A stretch of 64,000 nt of DNA, taken from assembly GCA_003194485.1 (NCBI GenBank), contig PQXD01000011.1, positions 6,093 to 70,092 on the forward strand. The letters run 5' to 3'. Every line of letters starts with the position of its first letter. The stretch's first letter is position 1. This DNA is from Deltaproteobacteria bacterium. GTDB taxonomy: Bacteria > Desulfobacterota > Dissulfuribacteria > Dissulfuribacterales > UBA3076. Shown here one piece after another: positions 7,894-16,251 of this stretch. The position numbers and the translations under genes are program-made. The notes under the pieces were generated by a model. That model had not been told where the DNA came from. It did not search any database and was given only the letters and a program-made list of their open reading frames with translations.

Positions 7894-9317
7894 GATACGG
7901 TCTGATTCTCATAGGGATTTTTCTCTTTACTCTTTTTACTCTTTCTGCCCATGCACAGGACATGCGTGAAGCCGCCATCAAGGCAAAGGCCGACCGTGAG
8001 GCCGCGCTGGCTGAAGCCGGGAAAAGCGCAAAACGGATAGCCGGCAACCGTGCTTCTCTTGAGAATGAAATCTCCCGGATGGCTGCCGAGGTTAAGGGGC
8101 TCAAGGCCGATATCAAGGCCATGAGCCACCAGCTTGAAAAGCTGCGAAAAAAGAAGGCAGAGCTCGTGCAGCAGCAGTCAGGCGATGAAATGGACATGCG
8201 GGAGCTTGCCGGCACGGTAAGGGTCGTGGCCAGGGACCTGGAGGGCGTGCTTGAACAGTCCCTTTTCACTGCCCGTTTTCCGGAGCGTCTTAATGACGTC
8301 AGGCCTGTCCTGAACAAGGAGCGTTTCCCCGGGCTGGACGACATGAAGGCCCTGACCGGCCTTTTTTTTAAGGAGATGTCTCTTTCAGGGGAGGTGGTCC
8401 TGCGAAGGGATTCTTTTGTGGACCGCAGCGGGACAGTGCAGGAAGGAAATATCCTGACCATCGGGAAATTTACCGCTGCTTATGAAGCGGGCGGCGAGAC
8501 GGGTTTTCTGAATTATTCCCCGGGCAGTCATCGACTCTTTGCCCTGTCCGCACTGCCTTCATGGTCGGTGAGGAAGAACCTTTCGCAATACATAAAGGGA
8601 GAGACAGAGGACGTGACCCTCGACTTTTCCGGCGGGGCAGCGCTCCGGCAAATCACACACAGGCCTACCCTGGTTGAGCGCATAAAACAGGGAGGTCCAA
8701 TCGTGTGGCCTATTCTGGCCATTGGTGTTTTTGCGATTTTGATCGTTATCGAGCGTACTCTTTTTTTGGCCAGAGTCCACGGGAACACCGACCTGATTAT
8801 GGGGAAAGTCAATGAGCATGCTTCAGAAGGAAGATGGACGGAATGTGAGACCATAGTGAGCACCGGCCAGGGGCAGCCCTGCTGCAATGTCCTGAGATGT
8901 GGGCTGGATGCCAGGAAAGAAGACAGGGAGACCCTTGAGAGCATCCTCCAGGAAGGCATTTTGAAGGAGGTCCCTCGGCTTGAGCGATATCTGCCCGTGC
9001 TCAACATCCTGGCCGCAATTGCCCCGTTGCTGGGCCTTCTCGGCACGGTCACAGGAATGATCAGTACCTTTCACGTCATCACCCTTTACGGCACCGGGGA
9101 CCCCCGCATGATGGCAGGGGGCATTTCAGAGGCCCTGGTCACCACAATGCTGGGGCTGGCCGTGGCAATCCCCATTATGCTCGCGCACACATTCCTCAGC
9201 CGCCGGGTGGATCACGTTATCGGAGACATGGAGGAAAAGGCCGTGGCCCTGACCAATATTATAGCACGAAACGGTCACTGCAGAGATCGTCAAATAGTTG
9301 AGTCGTTAAGTCGTTGA
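7890..9317 (+). CDS. Large MotA/TolQ/ExbB-family proton-channel protein (TtpC-like)
   Basis: 475 aa with an N-terminal periplasmic coiled-coil region and a C-terminal ExbB-like channel (LAAIAPLLGLLGTVTGMISTF, GGISEALVTTMLGLAVAIP). The last 12 codons lie in interspersed repeat family 2. Confidence 0.8.
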   Translation: MRYGLILIGIFLFTLFTLSAHAQDMREAAIKAKADREAALAEAGKSAKRIAGNRASLENEISRMAAEVKGLKADIKAMSHQLEKLRKKKAELVQQQSGDEMDMRELAGTVRVVARDLEGVLEQSLFTARFPERLNDVRPVLNKERFPGLDDMKALTGLFFKEMSLSGEVVLRRDSFVDRSGTVQEGNILTIGKFTAAYEAGGETGFLNYSPGSHRLFALSALPSWSVRKNLSQYIKGETEDVTLDFSGGAALRQITHRPTLVERIKQGGPIVWPILAIGVFAILIVIERTLFLARVHGNTDLIMGKVNEHASEGRWTECETIVSTGQGQPCCNVLRCGLDARKEDRETLESILQEGILKEVPRLERYLPVLNILAAIAPLLGLLGTVTGMISTFHVITLYGTGDPRMMAGGISEALVTTMLGLAVAIPIMLAHTFLSRRVDHVIGDMEEKAVALTNIIARNGHCRDRQIVESLSR

Positions 9318-9446
9318 ATCGAAAATAAGCATGTTAAATCAGTATATTAGACCTTCAACTACATCAAGTATCCAATTTTTGTGCAAACGATAAATTCAAA
9401 CAATAATAACCACTTAACTAATCAACTACTCAACCACTTAACGAGG
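9282..9446. repeat. Interspersed repeat family 2, copy 1 (inverted relative to 47544-47666)
   Basis: AGAGATCGTCAAATAGTTGAGTCGTTAAGTCGTTGA ... AATAATAACCACTTAACTAATCAACTACTCAACCACTTAACGAGG. Its reverse complement aligns end-to-end with 47544-47666. Confidence 0.7.
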
Positions 9447-9463
9447 TTTGCACTGAATTCATA

Positions 9464-10054
9464 ATGGAACTCATTTCAAAGACATATGAATATCTCCTTC
9501 AGGGAGGACCGGTCATGGTCCCTCTCATCCTGACTTCCGTCTGGATGTGGGCGTTGATTCTGGAAAGGATGTTCTACTTTCGCCGGATGGGCCGCAGTGA
9601 TCTCAGCCTTGGAGAGGCCATTGAAGCGCTGAAAACACAAGGGGCGCCTATTAAGACCGGAGGGCTTCGCAGCAGGATCGTCAGCAGTTTTCTGAAAGGC
9701 CGTACCGGCAGAAACCGGCTGGATAAGAGCCTCATTGAGCATGGGGCCATGAAGGAGCGTCTGATGCTCAAGCGCAACCTTTCGGTCATTGCCATACTGG
9801 CCGCTGTGGCCCCGCTCTTTGGTCTTTTGGGTACAGTTACCGGGATGATGACCACCTTTGACGTGATAGGCATATTCGGCACGGGTAACGCCAAGGCTAT
9901 GGCAGGGGGCATTTCAGAGGCCCTTATCACCACCCAGAGCGGTCTACTGGTGGCCATCCCGGGGCTGTTTATGAGCGAGATGCTCAATCGCAGGAATAAC
10001 CGCCTGGAAGGCAGCCTGGATGAACTCGTGTTGACGCTCAAGAGGTATGTGTAA
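9464..10054 (+). CDS. exbB: ExbB/TolQ proton-channel protein
   Basis: 196 aa with three TM segments. LAAVAPLFGLLGTVTGMMTTF and GGISEALITTQSGLLVAIP. Confidence 0.9.
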   Translation: MELISKTYEYLLQGGPVMVPLILTSVWMWALILERMFYFRRMGRSDLSLGEAIEALKTQGAPIKTGGLRSRIVSSFLKGRTGRNRLDKSLIEHGAMKERLMLKRNLSVIAILAAVAPLFGLLGTVTGMMTTFDVIGIFGTGNAKAMAGGISEALITTQSGLLVAIPGLFMSEMLNRRNNRLEGSLDELVLTLKRYV

Positions 10055-10477
10055 ATGATCAGCATCCGCAGCAGATTGCATCAGAGGGAGGCAACCGCCG
10101 GTGTCAACATGGCCCCGCTCATCGATCTGGTCTTCCTGCTGCTGATATTCTTCATGGTCACTATCAGTTTCGTAAAGGAGACGGGGGTGGATGTGCAACG
10201 TCCCACTGCCTCCACCGCAGTCCTGAAGGAAAAGGGCAACATCCTTATCGCAGTGGATTCAGATGGCAGGGTCTTTTTTGAGAAAAAGCATATCGACATC
10301 CGGAGCGTGCGTGCCCATATCGAAAGGTCCCTTGCGGAAAATCCGGAAGGGGCAGTCGTGATTGTGGCGGACAAGGGAAGCCGCACCGGCGTGGTAATCC
10401 GTGTAATGGACCAGTGCCGGCTGGCAGGGGCAAAGAACGTGAGCATCGCAGCATCCAGAGGTGAAGGAGATGTCTGA
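10055..10477 (+). CDS. exbD: ExbD/TolR biopolymer transport protein
   Basis: NMAPLIDLVFLLLIFFMVT.. is the N-terminal TM with the conserved Asp. 140 aa. Confidence 0.9.
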   Translation: MISIRSRLHQREATAGVNMAPLIDLVFLLLIFFMVTISFVKETGVDVQRPTASTAVLKEKGNILIAVDSDGRVFFEKKHIDIRSVRAHIERSLAENPEGAVVIVADKGSRTGVVIRVMDQCRLAGAKNVSIAASRGEGDV

Positions 10478-11120
10478 AAGGCCGATAGACGGACTTGGGC
10501 CTGCGGTTTCAATGGCCCTTCTGGTTAACGTCTGCCTGTTCGCCCTTTTGCCCCTTCTGCTTGACAGACACTCAGGTGCCAGGTCCTATGAGGAAATAAT
10601 TCCGGTTAATTTTGTAAGGATCAGACCTGAAATGGAGGAACCGCCGGAAGAGAAACCACCGGAAAGGGAAAAACCGCTGCCCGAGGTACTACCGCTGCCA
10701 AGGTTGAGCCAGCAGGTCCCTAAGCCCAGGCAACTCAAGCTGGAGACACCTGATCTAAGCTTTGAGATAAACCCGAAACTCGACATGGGCATGGCGGTTG
10801 CGCCTCCGGAGCCTGAGCTGGTTAAGGACTTCTTCGATCAGGGCGAGGTGGACCAGCTGCCCATGACTGTCTTCCGGATGAAACCGCTCTATCCTTTCAG
10901 GGCAAAACGGCTCGGCATTGAGGGAAGCGTAAAGGTAAAGTTTCTCGTGGACTCGGCAGGCCGGGTGAGCCATGTAAACATACTCGAGTCAAACCCGCCC
11001 GGGGTCTTTGACGAAAGCGTGCTGAAGGCGCTTCCTTCCTGGAGATTTTCTCCTGGAGAACTCGGCGGCAAGGCCGTAAATACATGGGTGTCTACAGTTA
11101 TTCAATTTGATCTGGAGTGA
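10461..11120 (+). CDS. tonB: TonB-family energy transducer
   Basis: N-terminal TM, a Pro/Glu-rich spacer (EEPPEEKPPEREKPLPE), and a C-terminal TonB domain (YPFRAKRLGIEGSVKVKFLVDSAGRV). Confidence 0.9.
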   Translation: MKEMSERPIDGLGPAVSMALLVNVCLFALLPLLLDRHSGARSYEEIIPVNFVRIRPEMEEPPEEKPPEREKPLPEVLPLPRLSQQVPKPRQLKLETPDLSFEINPKLDMGMAVAPPEPELVKDFFDQGEVDQLPMTVFRMKPLYPFRAKRLGIEGSVKVKFLVDSAGRVSHVNILESNPPGVFDESVLKALPSWRFSPGELGGKAVNTWVSTVIQFDLE

Positions 11121-12322
11121 GAGGGAAGACCGTGAATTCGCAGGACATTACGAAATATATTATTTTGAGCCTTTGTGCTCTTTTTCTGCAGCGCGCTTTC
11201 CTGCCGTCAGCAGCGGCCGTGGGTGAACCTCCCGAGCCCTCCATGGCGGCCCACCGTGCCTTGTATAAGGCCCAGCAGGCAATGGAGCTAAATGACAAAA
11301 CAAAGGCTGCGGAAATTCTGAGGACGTTTATAAGAGAAAATCCGAAGAAAGACCATTATCTGCTGGAATTCCATTTGGCCAACGTCCTGGCCTTGTCGGG
11401 CAAAAGCGGAGAGGCCCTTGCTCATTATGAAAAGACCCTGGCATTGAATCCCGGTTATTCAGCGGCTTGGCAAAATCTCGGGAAGACCCGCCTAGATTTC
11501 GGGAACTATCTCGAGGCAGGGGACGCCTTTCTCAAGGGCTATGAAACCAATGAAACAAAGGATGGCTCCATCCTCTATTATGCCGCGGTCTCCTATCTTA
11601 TGGGCAAAAAGGCAGGTAAGGCCCTTCCCCATCTGGAGTTCCTTGCCTCGGGAAAGGCAGGAAATCCCAAATCCGAATGGCTTGAGGCTTTATTAAAGGT
11701 TTACCTGGATCTAAAACAGGAGGACAATGCCTTCAAGCTCATCCACCGGCTTCTGGAAGAACAGGGGGATGATCCACGCTGGTGGAAGCTCCTTGCCCAG
11801 CTCCATTTGCAAAAAGGCGAATACTCGCATGCCGCAGAGGCGCTAACGATTTATTCCTATTTAACTGTCCCCAAGGAGCAGGAAATAGTGCTTCTCGGAG
11901 ACCTCTACAACGTCATCGGGGTGCCTGTGAAGGCGGCTGTATATTATGAGAAGGCCATGGGCCTTTGCGGAAAGGCCGTCAAAAAGGAAAAACTTGCCTC
12001 GGCCTATATAGCGGCCCACAAGCAGGACAGGGCCATGGAAGTGCTCGAGGAGGCCATCAGCCAAGAGCCGGATGCGAAACTCTGTTTCATGAAAGGCCAA
12101 CTGCTTTATGGCCAAAGAAGCTTTGATCATGCCTATCAGGCCTTTGAAGAGTGCGCCAGGCTCAACCCCGGGGACGGGAGACCGTACGTCATGATGGGCT
12201 ACTGCGCCTTGCAGCAGGACAACATAGAATTGGCCCGGAGGGCCTTTCAAAAGGCAAGCCGCTTTCACAAGCAGAAAAAGGATGCCGAACGGATGCTGGT
12301 GCAGCTGGCCAAATGGAAATAG
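11117..12322 (+). CDS. TPR-repeat protein (TtpD-like, last gene of the TonB2-type cluster)
   Basis: Signal-like N-terminus and multiple TPR units (ALAHYEKTLALNPGYSAAWQNLG.., AYQAFEECARLNPGDGRPY..). Its start overlaps the tonB stop. Confidence 0.75.
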   Translation: MRGKTVNSQDITKYIILSLCALFLQRAFLPSAAAVGEPPEPSMAAHRALYKAQQAMELNDKTKAAEILRTFIRENPKKDHYLLEFHLANVLALSGKSGEALAHYEKTLALNPGYSAAWQNLGKTRLDFGNYLEAGDAFLKGYETNETKDGSILYYAAVSYLMGKKAGKALPHLEFLASGKAGNPKSEWLEALLKVYLDLKQEDNAFKLIHRLLEEQGDDPRWWKLLAQLHLQKGEYSHAAEALTIYSYLTVPKEQEIVLLGDLYNVIGVPVKAAVYYEKAMGLCGKAVKKEKLASAYIAAHKQDRAMEVLEEAISQEPDAKLCFMKGQLLYGQRSFDHAYQAFEECARLNPGDGRPYVMMGYCALQQDNIELARRAFQKASRFHKQKKDAERMLVQLAKWK

Positions 12323-12484
12323 TAACTTGTGATGAAGTACTGGCAACTTCAGCGGATGTGCTGGGTGTGCTCTGCCGCTTTGTTGCTACTACAGGGAAAA
12401 AACAGGTAAAGCCGGACAGGCTAAATGTAAAAAAACGACCTACTTCACAAGTCAGGTATCCTATAGCATTGGGAAACACAACAC

Positions 12485-12527
12485 AAAAAATAAGGCGCTG
12501 GTCAAGATAATGAACCAGCGCCTTTTT
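12485..12527. terminator. Bidirectional rho-independent terminator (TPR gene and porin 1)
   Basis: GGCGCTGGT-caagataatga-ACCAGCGCC (12494-12522), flanked by an A-run on one side and TTTTT on the other. Confidence 0.7.
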
Positions 12528-12561
12528 GATGAATGAAATTATTTAGGATAGATAGCTCTCT

Positions 12562-13809
12562 TTAGAATTCGACAGCTAATTGACCGAAGACCAGATCTCG
12601 CGTGTCTCTGTCATCAGCATCGTTATCATCATACTCGTCATACATATAGCCCACTGACAGGATTGTATTGTCAAAGATTTCCTGGTTGAAGTTGATCCCA
12701 TAACGATCTTCTGGTAATCCCAGGCCCCCGCAATCGCTGGAGCCGGCATACTTAAGGGCGATTTCGAGATTTCGCCACCAGTTGTAATTATACCCAATCT
12801 CAAAGTTCCATACTTCTGGCCTTGCGGCAGCGTTACCGTCACTGCCAGTATACAACTCTCCATGACCAAATTCTTCAGTGGCCGCCATATACTCTGCATC
12901 AAGGAAAATGCCCTGATAGCCAACATGGAAATATGCATCAGCACCGCCCACGTAATCTTCAATGTCGCCTACCAATGCGCCCTCCATACTGCAATCTGAA
13001 TCAGCGATATTGGAAATATATGAACCCCCGATAAGCATGTCTAAACCATAAGTTTCATTTTCAAAGGTATAGTTGGCGTCGAAACCATAACTTTCAATAA
13101 CATTGTCACTGCTGCTATCTTCTTCTACATCACCATTATAGGTGTACGCTGAAACTGTGAAACCTTTCCATTCAGCTCCGATCAACACGGCCTTTTCGAG
13201 TACCTCACCAAGCATCACTGTAAGAGGTGTATCGAGGAAGGGATCATCCGGGAAATGTTCAAAGAGCGCACCAAAAGGCACATACATCTTACCAGCTTTC
13301 AGAAAAGCGGGTATTTTTTCCGTATTTCCAATGGTGATAAATGCCTCGTCAATGTCCACACTTGTCTCGTCGTTGTCAAAGGTCGGATCCTCATAAAGCA
13401 GGACCATTTCCGCATTGACCCAATCATTGACCTCTGCCGCAATTCCGAGTTGAACAGTAGTCATGCAAAGATCGCTGTCCTTTTCATGGCCCCCATCCTT
13501 CATATCAATACTTTGATATGCTACTCCAAACTCAAGCAGGCCATTGATTGTGATGTGGTCTTCCAGGTCAGACAGAAAGCCGACACCTTCGGCACGCGAA
13601 GGTTCCGGGACCGCCTTCATTTCATTGAGTTGCTGTTCTACTTGCTTAAGTCGATCAGCGAGTGCCCGGTTTTGCTGGATCAACTCCTGCACCTGTTGAT
13701 CCAGGTTCCCCTCTCCTGCCAGAGAACTCGATACCCAGGAAACCGCTGCCATGGACACAATGCACAAGCCTAACAACAGAGCTCTCAAGATTTTAAAATA
13801 CATGACCAT
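12562..13809 (-). CDS. Outer-membrane porin with an N-terminal coiled coil (paralog 1)
   Basis: Signal peptide, coiled coil (NLDQQVQELIQQNRALADRLKQVEQQLNEMK), then an acidic beta-barrel ending ..LVFGQLAVEF. Confidence 0.75.
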   Translation of the reverse strand: MVMYFKILRALLLGLCIVSMAAVSWVSSSLAGEGNLDQQVQELIQQNRALADRLKQVEQQLNEMKAVPEPSRAEGVGFLSDLEDHITINGLLEFGVAYQSIDMKDGGHEKDSDLCMTTVQLGIAAEVNDWVNAEMVLLYEDPTFDNDETSVDIDEAFITIGNTEKIPAFLKAGKMYVPFGALFEHFPDDPFLDTPLTVMLGEVLEKAVLIGAEWKGFTVSAYTYNGDVEEDSSSDNVIESYGFDANYTFENETYGLDMLIGGSYISNIADSDCSMEGALVGDIEDYVGGADAYFHVGYQGIFLDAEYMAATEEFGHGELYTGSDGNAAARPEVWNFEIGYNYNWWRNLEIALKYAGSSDCGGLGLPEDRYGINFNQEIFDNTILSVGYMYDEYDDNDADDRDTRDLVFGQLAVEF

Positions 13810-13904
13810 CTTCTCCTCTCATTTAATTTATTATAACTCAATTACAAAATATTTTTTATGATTGGTCAATTATAAATAAAGAATATGAGATATATTATTG
13901 CGAT

Positions 13905-13933
13905 TAAATAACAGTAAAAAGATATTCTGCCAA
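13905..13933 (-). promoter_or_regulatory. Putative sigma70 promoter of porin 1
   Basis: Minus strand reads TTGGCA, 17-nt spacer, TATTTA. It is homologous in position and sequence to the porin 2 promoter. Confidence 0.4.
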
Positions 13934-14044
13934 GACAGAATTTGAAAAAAGTGGGCCAATCTGAACTTCCAGAGAAAACATCGGCAGGAAAACCGACAAA
14001 AATATAGGGAGTTATACACACGGCGCATCCAGCTTATTATGGTG

Positions 14045-14065
14045 GATCTATCGGTCCGATAGATC
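14045..14065. promoter_or_regulatory. Perfect 10+1+10 palindrome upstream of the porin 1 promoter
   Basis: GATCTATCGG-T-CCGATAGATC. Confidence 0.25.
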
Positions 14066-14142
14066 TTCTATTTTATAAGACCAAAATGGCAATTGAAGAA
14101 AGTCGGAAGAGAGAAAGGATGGAGATCAAGATAACACAACAC

Positions 14143-14180
14143 AAAAAATAAGGCGCTGGTCAAGATAATGAACCAGCGCC
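14143..14180 (-). terminator. Rho-independent terminator of porin 2 (a duplicate of the 12494 hairpin)
   Basis: Identical hairpin GGCGCTGGT..ACCAGCGCC (14152-14180), followed on the minus strand by TTATTTTTTG. Confidence 0.7.
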
Positions 14181-14219
14181 TTGTTTGCTGAGTGAAATTA
14201 TTTAGGATAGATATAATCT

Positions 14220-15476
14220 TTAGAATTCGATGGCTAATTGACCGAAGATCAGGTCCCGTGTGTTTCGATCAAGATCATCATCTGTTGCATACTCGTCATA
14301 CATATAGCCCACTGACAGGATTGTATTGTCAAAGATCTCCTGGTTGAAGTTGATCCCGTAACGATCCCTCGGCAGCCTTAAAGATCCGCAATCGTCGGAT
14401 CCTGCATACTGAAGGGCGATTTCGAGATTTCTCCACCAGTTGTAGTTGTATCCCGCCTCAATGTTCCAGACTGTTGGCTTACCTAAATCTTCCCCCTCCA
14501 CATTTACGTGATCAACAGCCGCCATATACTCTGCCTCAACGAAGAGGCCCTGATAGCCAACGTGTAAGTAGGCAGCAGCGCCTTCCGCGTAATCATCAAT
14601 TTCCAAGTCGTAGTGGTCCAGCACTTCCTCTGTCCAGTCGGAGTCGGCTATATTTGAGATATATGAGCCACCGACGAGCAAGTCTAAACCAAGGTCCTCA
14701 TCCTCAAAGGCATAGTTGGCATCGAAACCATAAGTTTCAATAACATTGTCGCCGCCGCCGGCCTCCTCTACGTCACCGTTGAAAACATAGGCTGAAACCG
14801 TGAAACCTGCGTATTCAGCTCCGATTACCAGGGCTTTTTCAAGTGTCTCACCCAGGAGCAGGGTAAGGGGTGAATCAATGCCCATGTCATCCGGAAAATG
14901 CGTCAGGAGTGCGCCAAAGGGCACATACATCTTGCCTGCCCTCAGAAAACCCGGTGTTACGTCTGGATTTGCTATAGTAATAAATGCCTCCTCTACATCA
15001 AAGTTTGTCTCATCATCTCTAATGTCCTCATAAGTGTTTATTGCTCCAGACGGATCTTCAAAAAGCAGAATCATTTCCGCACTTACCCAGTCATTGATCT
15101 CCGCTTCAATCCCGAGTTCAACACTAGTCATCGAAATGTCACTGTCATGTTCAAAACCACTATGGTTCATGTCAGTGCTGTGGTACGCTGCTCCAAACTC
15201 AAGCAGGCCATTGATTGTGATGTGGTCTTCCAGGTCAGACAGAAAGCCGACACCTTCGGCACGCGAAGGTTCCGGGACCGCCTTCATTTCATTGAGCTGC
15301 TGCTCCACTTCCGTAAGTCGATCAGTGAGTGCCCGGTTTTGCTGGATCAACTCCTGCACCTGTTGTTCCAGATTTCCTTCTTCTGCCAGAGAACTCGATA
15401 CCCAGGAAACCGCTGCCATGGACACAATGCACAAGCCTAACAACAGAGCTCTCAAGGTTTTAAAATACATGACCAT
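14220..15476 (-). CDS. Outer-membrane porin with an N-terminal coiled coil (paralog 2)
   Basis: Collinear with porin 1 and ends ..LIFGQLAIEF. The start is set to the ATG at 15476 (MVMYFK.., GGGGAGG RBS), matching paralog 1. The track ORF starts at 15485. Confidence 0.75.
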   Translation of the reverse strand: MVMYFKTLRALLLGLCIVSMAAVSWVSSSLAEEGNLEQQVQELIQQNRALTDRLTEVEQQLNEMKAVPEPSRAEGVGFLSDLEDHITINGLLEFGAAYHSTDMNHSGFEHDSDISMTSVELGIEAEINDWVSAEMILLFEDPSGAINTYEDIRDDETNFDVEEAFITIANPDVTPGFLRAGKMYVPFGALLTHFPDDMGIDSPLTLLLGETLEKALVIGAEYAGFTVSAYVFNGDVEEAGGGDNVIETYGFDANYAFEDEDLGLDLLVGGSYISNIADSDWTEEVLDHYDLEIDDYAEGAAAYLHVGYQGLFVEAEYMAAVDHVNVEGEDLGKPTVWNIEAGYNYNWWRNLEIALQYAGSDDCGSLRLPRDRYGINFNQEIFDNTILSVGYMYDEYATDDDLDRNTRDLIFGQLAIEF

Positions 15477-15538
15477 CCTCCCCATTCACTTAATAAGTTG
15501 TTGTGATTCATTTAGAAAAAACCCAAAACCCGAATAGT

Positions 15539-15567
15539 TACTTAGCAACAGAAAAATATTCTGTCAA
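15539..15567 (-). promoter_or_regulatory. Putative sigma70 promoter of porin 2
   Basis: Minus strand reads TTGACA, 17-nt spacer, TAAGTA. Confidence 0.4.
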
Positions 15568-15681
15568 GACGTATTTTGAAAAAAACCGCGTGATCACCTG
15601 TTTATCTCCGTGGTGAGCTGATACCAGTGAAAATATGCCGTAACTACTTGGGTTCAAAGTTCCGGAGTTCACGGTTCAAGG

Positions 15682-16251
15682 TTAGATTGATGAAAATTGA
15701 ACGGCTATTGAAAGTATGAATTTACTGAACTCGCCATTTTTCCGTTTCGCGCCGGATCTCTCCATCTTTTGCAGTTCGAAACGGAGGCGGCTCAGTTCCT
15801 TTTCCAGATTTTGTGTCTCTTTATGCAGGGCACTCACTTTTGATTGCTGCTTCTTGTACCCTGATTTTAATTCAAGGAGTTTTTCTTCAGCAGCCAGAAG
15901 TCTTTCCAGCAACTTTGCCTCTCCGGGCGTTTTTTGCTTACAGGTTTCAGAACGTATTATCCTGATGTACTGATCCTTGGCCCCGTCAAAGGCAAACAGA
16001 TAAAATGCCGCCCTGCATGCATAATCAGGGTTATCGAGCAATGACTTCAGGTTGGAAATTGCCTCATCAATCCGGCTGTCACTCAAAGGCAGAGTGGCCT
16101 CTCTCCATGGATCAGATATATGAAACTTTTGTTGCAATCCAGTTGTACACCCAGCGGGCAATATCAGGAAGAATATGGCAAAACAGACCAGAAGGCAGCA
16201 CCTTTTCCCGGCAAAACCGCGATATCTTCTGGCAGCGGACTCTCTACCCAA
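15682..16251 (-). CDS. Hypothetical coiled-coil lipoprotein
   Basis: ..[18 protein letters not shown] is a lipobox-like signal, followed by a coiled-coil C-terminal half. The TTG start is uncertain and overlaps the 3' end of the kinase reading frames. Confidence 0.5.
   Translation of the reverse strand: MGRESAARRYRGFAGKRCCLLVCFAIFFLILPAGCTTGLQQKFHISDPWREATLPLSDSRIDEAISNLKSLLDNPDYACRAAFYLFAFDGAKDQYIRIIRSETCKQKTPGEAKLLERLLAAEEKLLELKSGYKKQQSKVSALHKETQNLEKELSRLRFELQKMERSGAKRKNGEFSKFILSIAVQFSSI

Noticed and set aside
7859-8461. Long antisense or out-of-frame ORFs over well-supported genes. Coordinates: 7029-7601, 7859-8461, 8528-9052, 9574-10065, 10081-10512, 11861-12346, 13255-13773, 14898-15440, 15034-15537, 22472-23017, 24608-25129, 49126-49668, 59525-60244 and 61427-62017.
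   Set aside because: Each overlaps a gene with strong family motifs on the other strand or in another frame. None has an independent motif or an RBS.
12151-12510. 119-aa plus-strand ORF spanning the end of the TPR gene and the terminator.
   Set aside because: It is out of frame over the TPR gene and runs through the bidirectional terminator hairpin. It has no motif support.
13905-13960. Sigma54 promoters upstream of the porins, expected because of the adjacent NtrC-type regulator.
   Set aside because: TGGCAG-AATAT-CTTTT (porin 1) lacks the invariant -12 GC. Porin 2 has TTGACA instead of the -24 GG. Both fit sigma70 spacing better.
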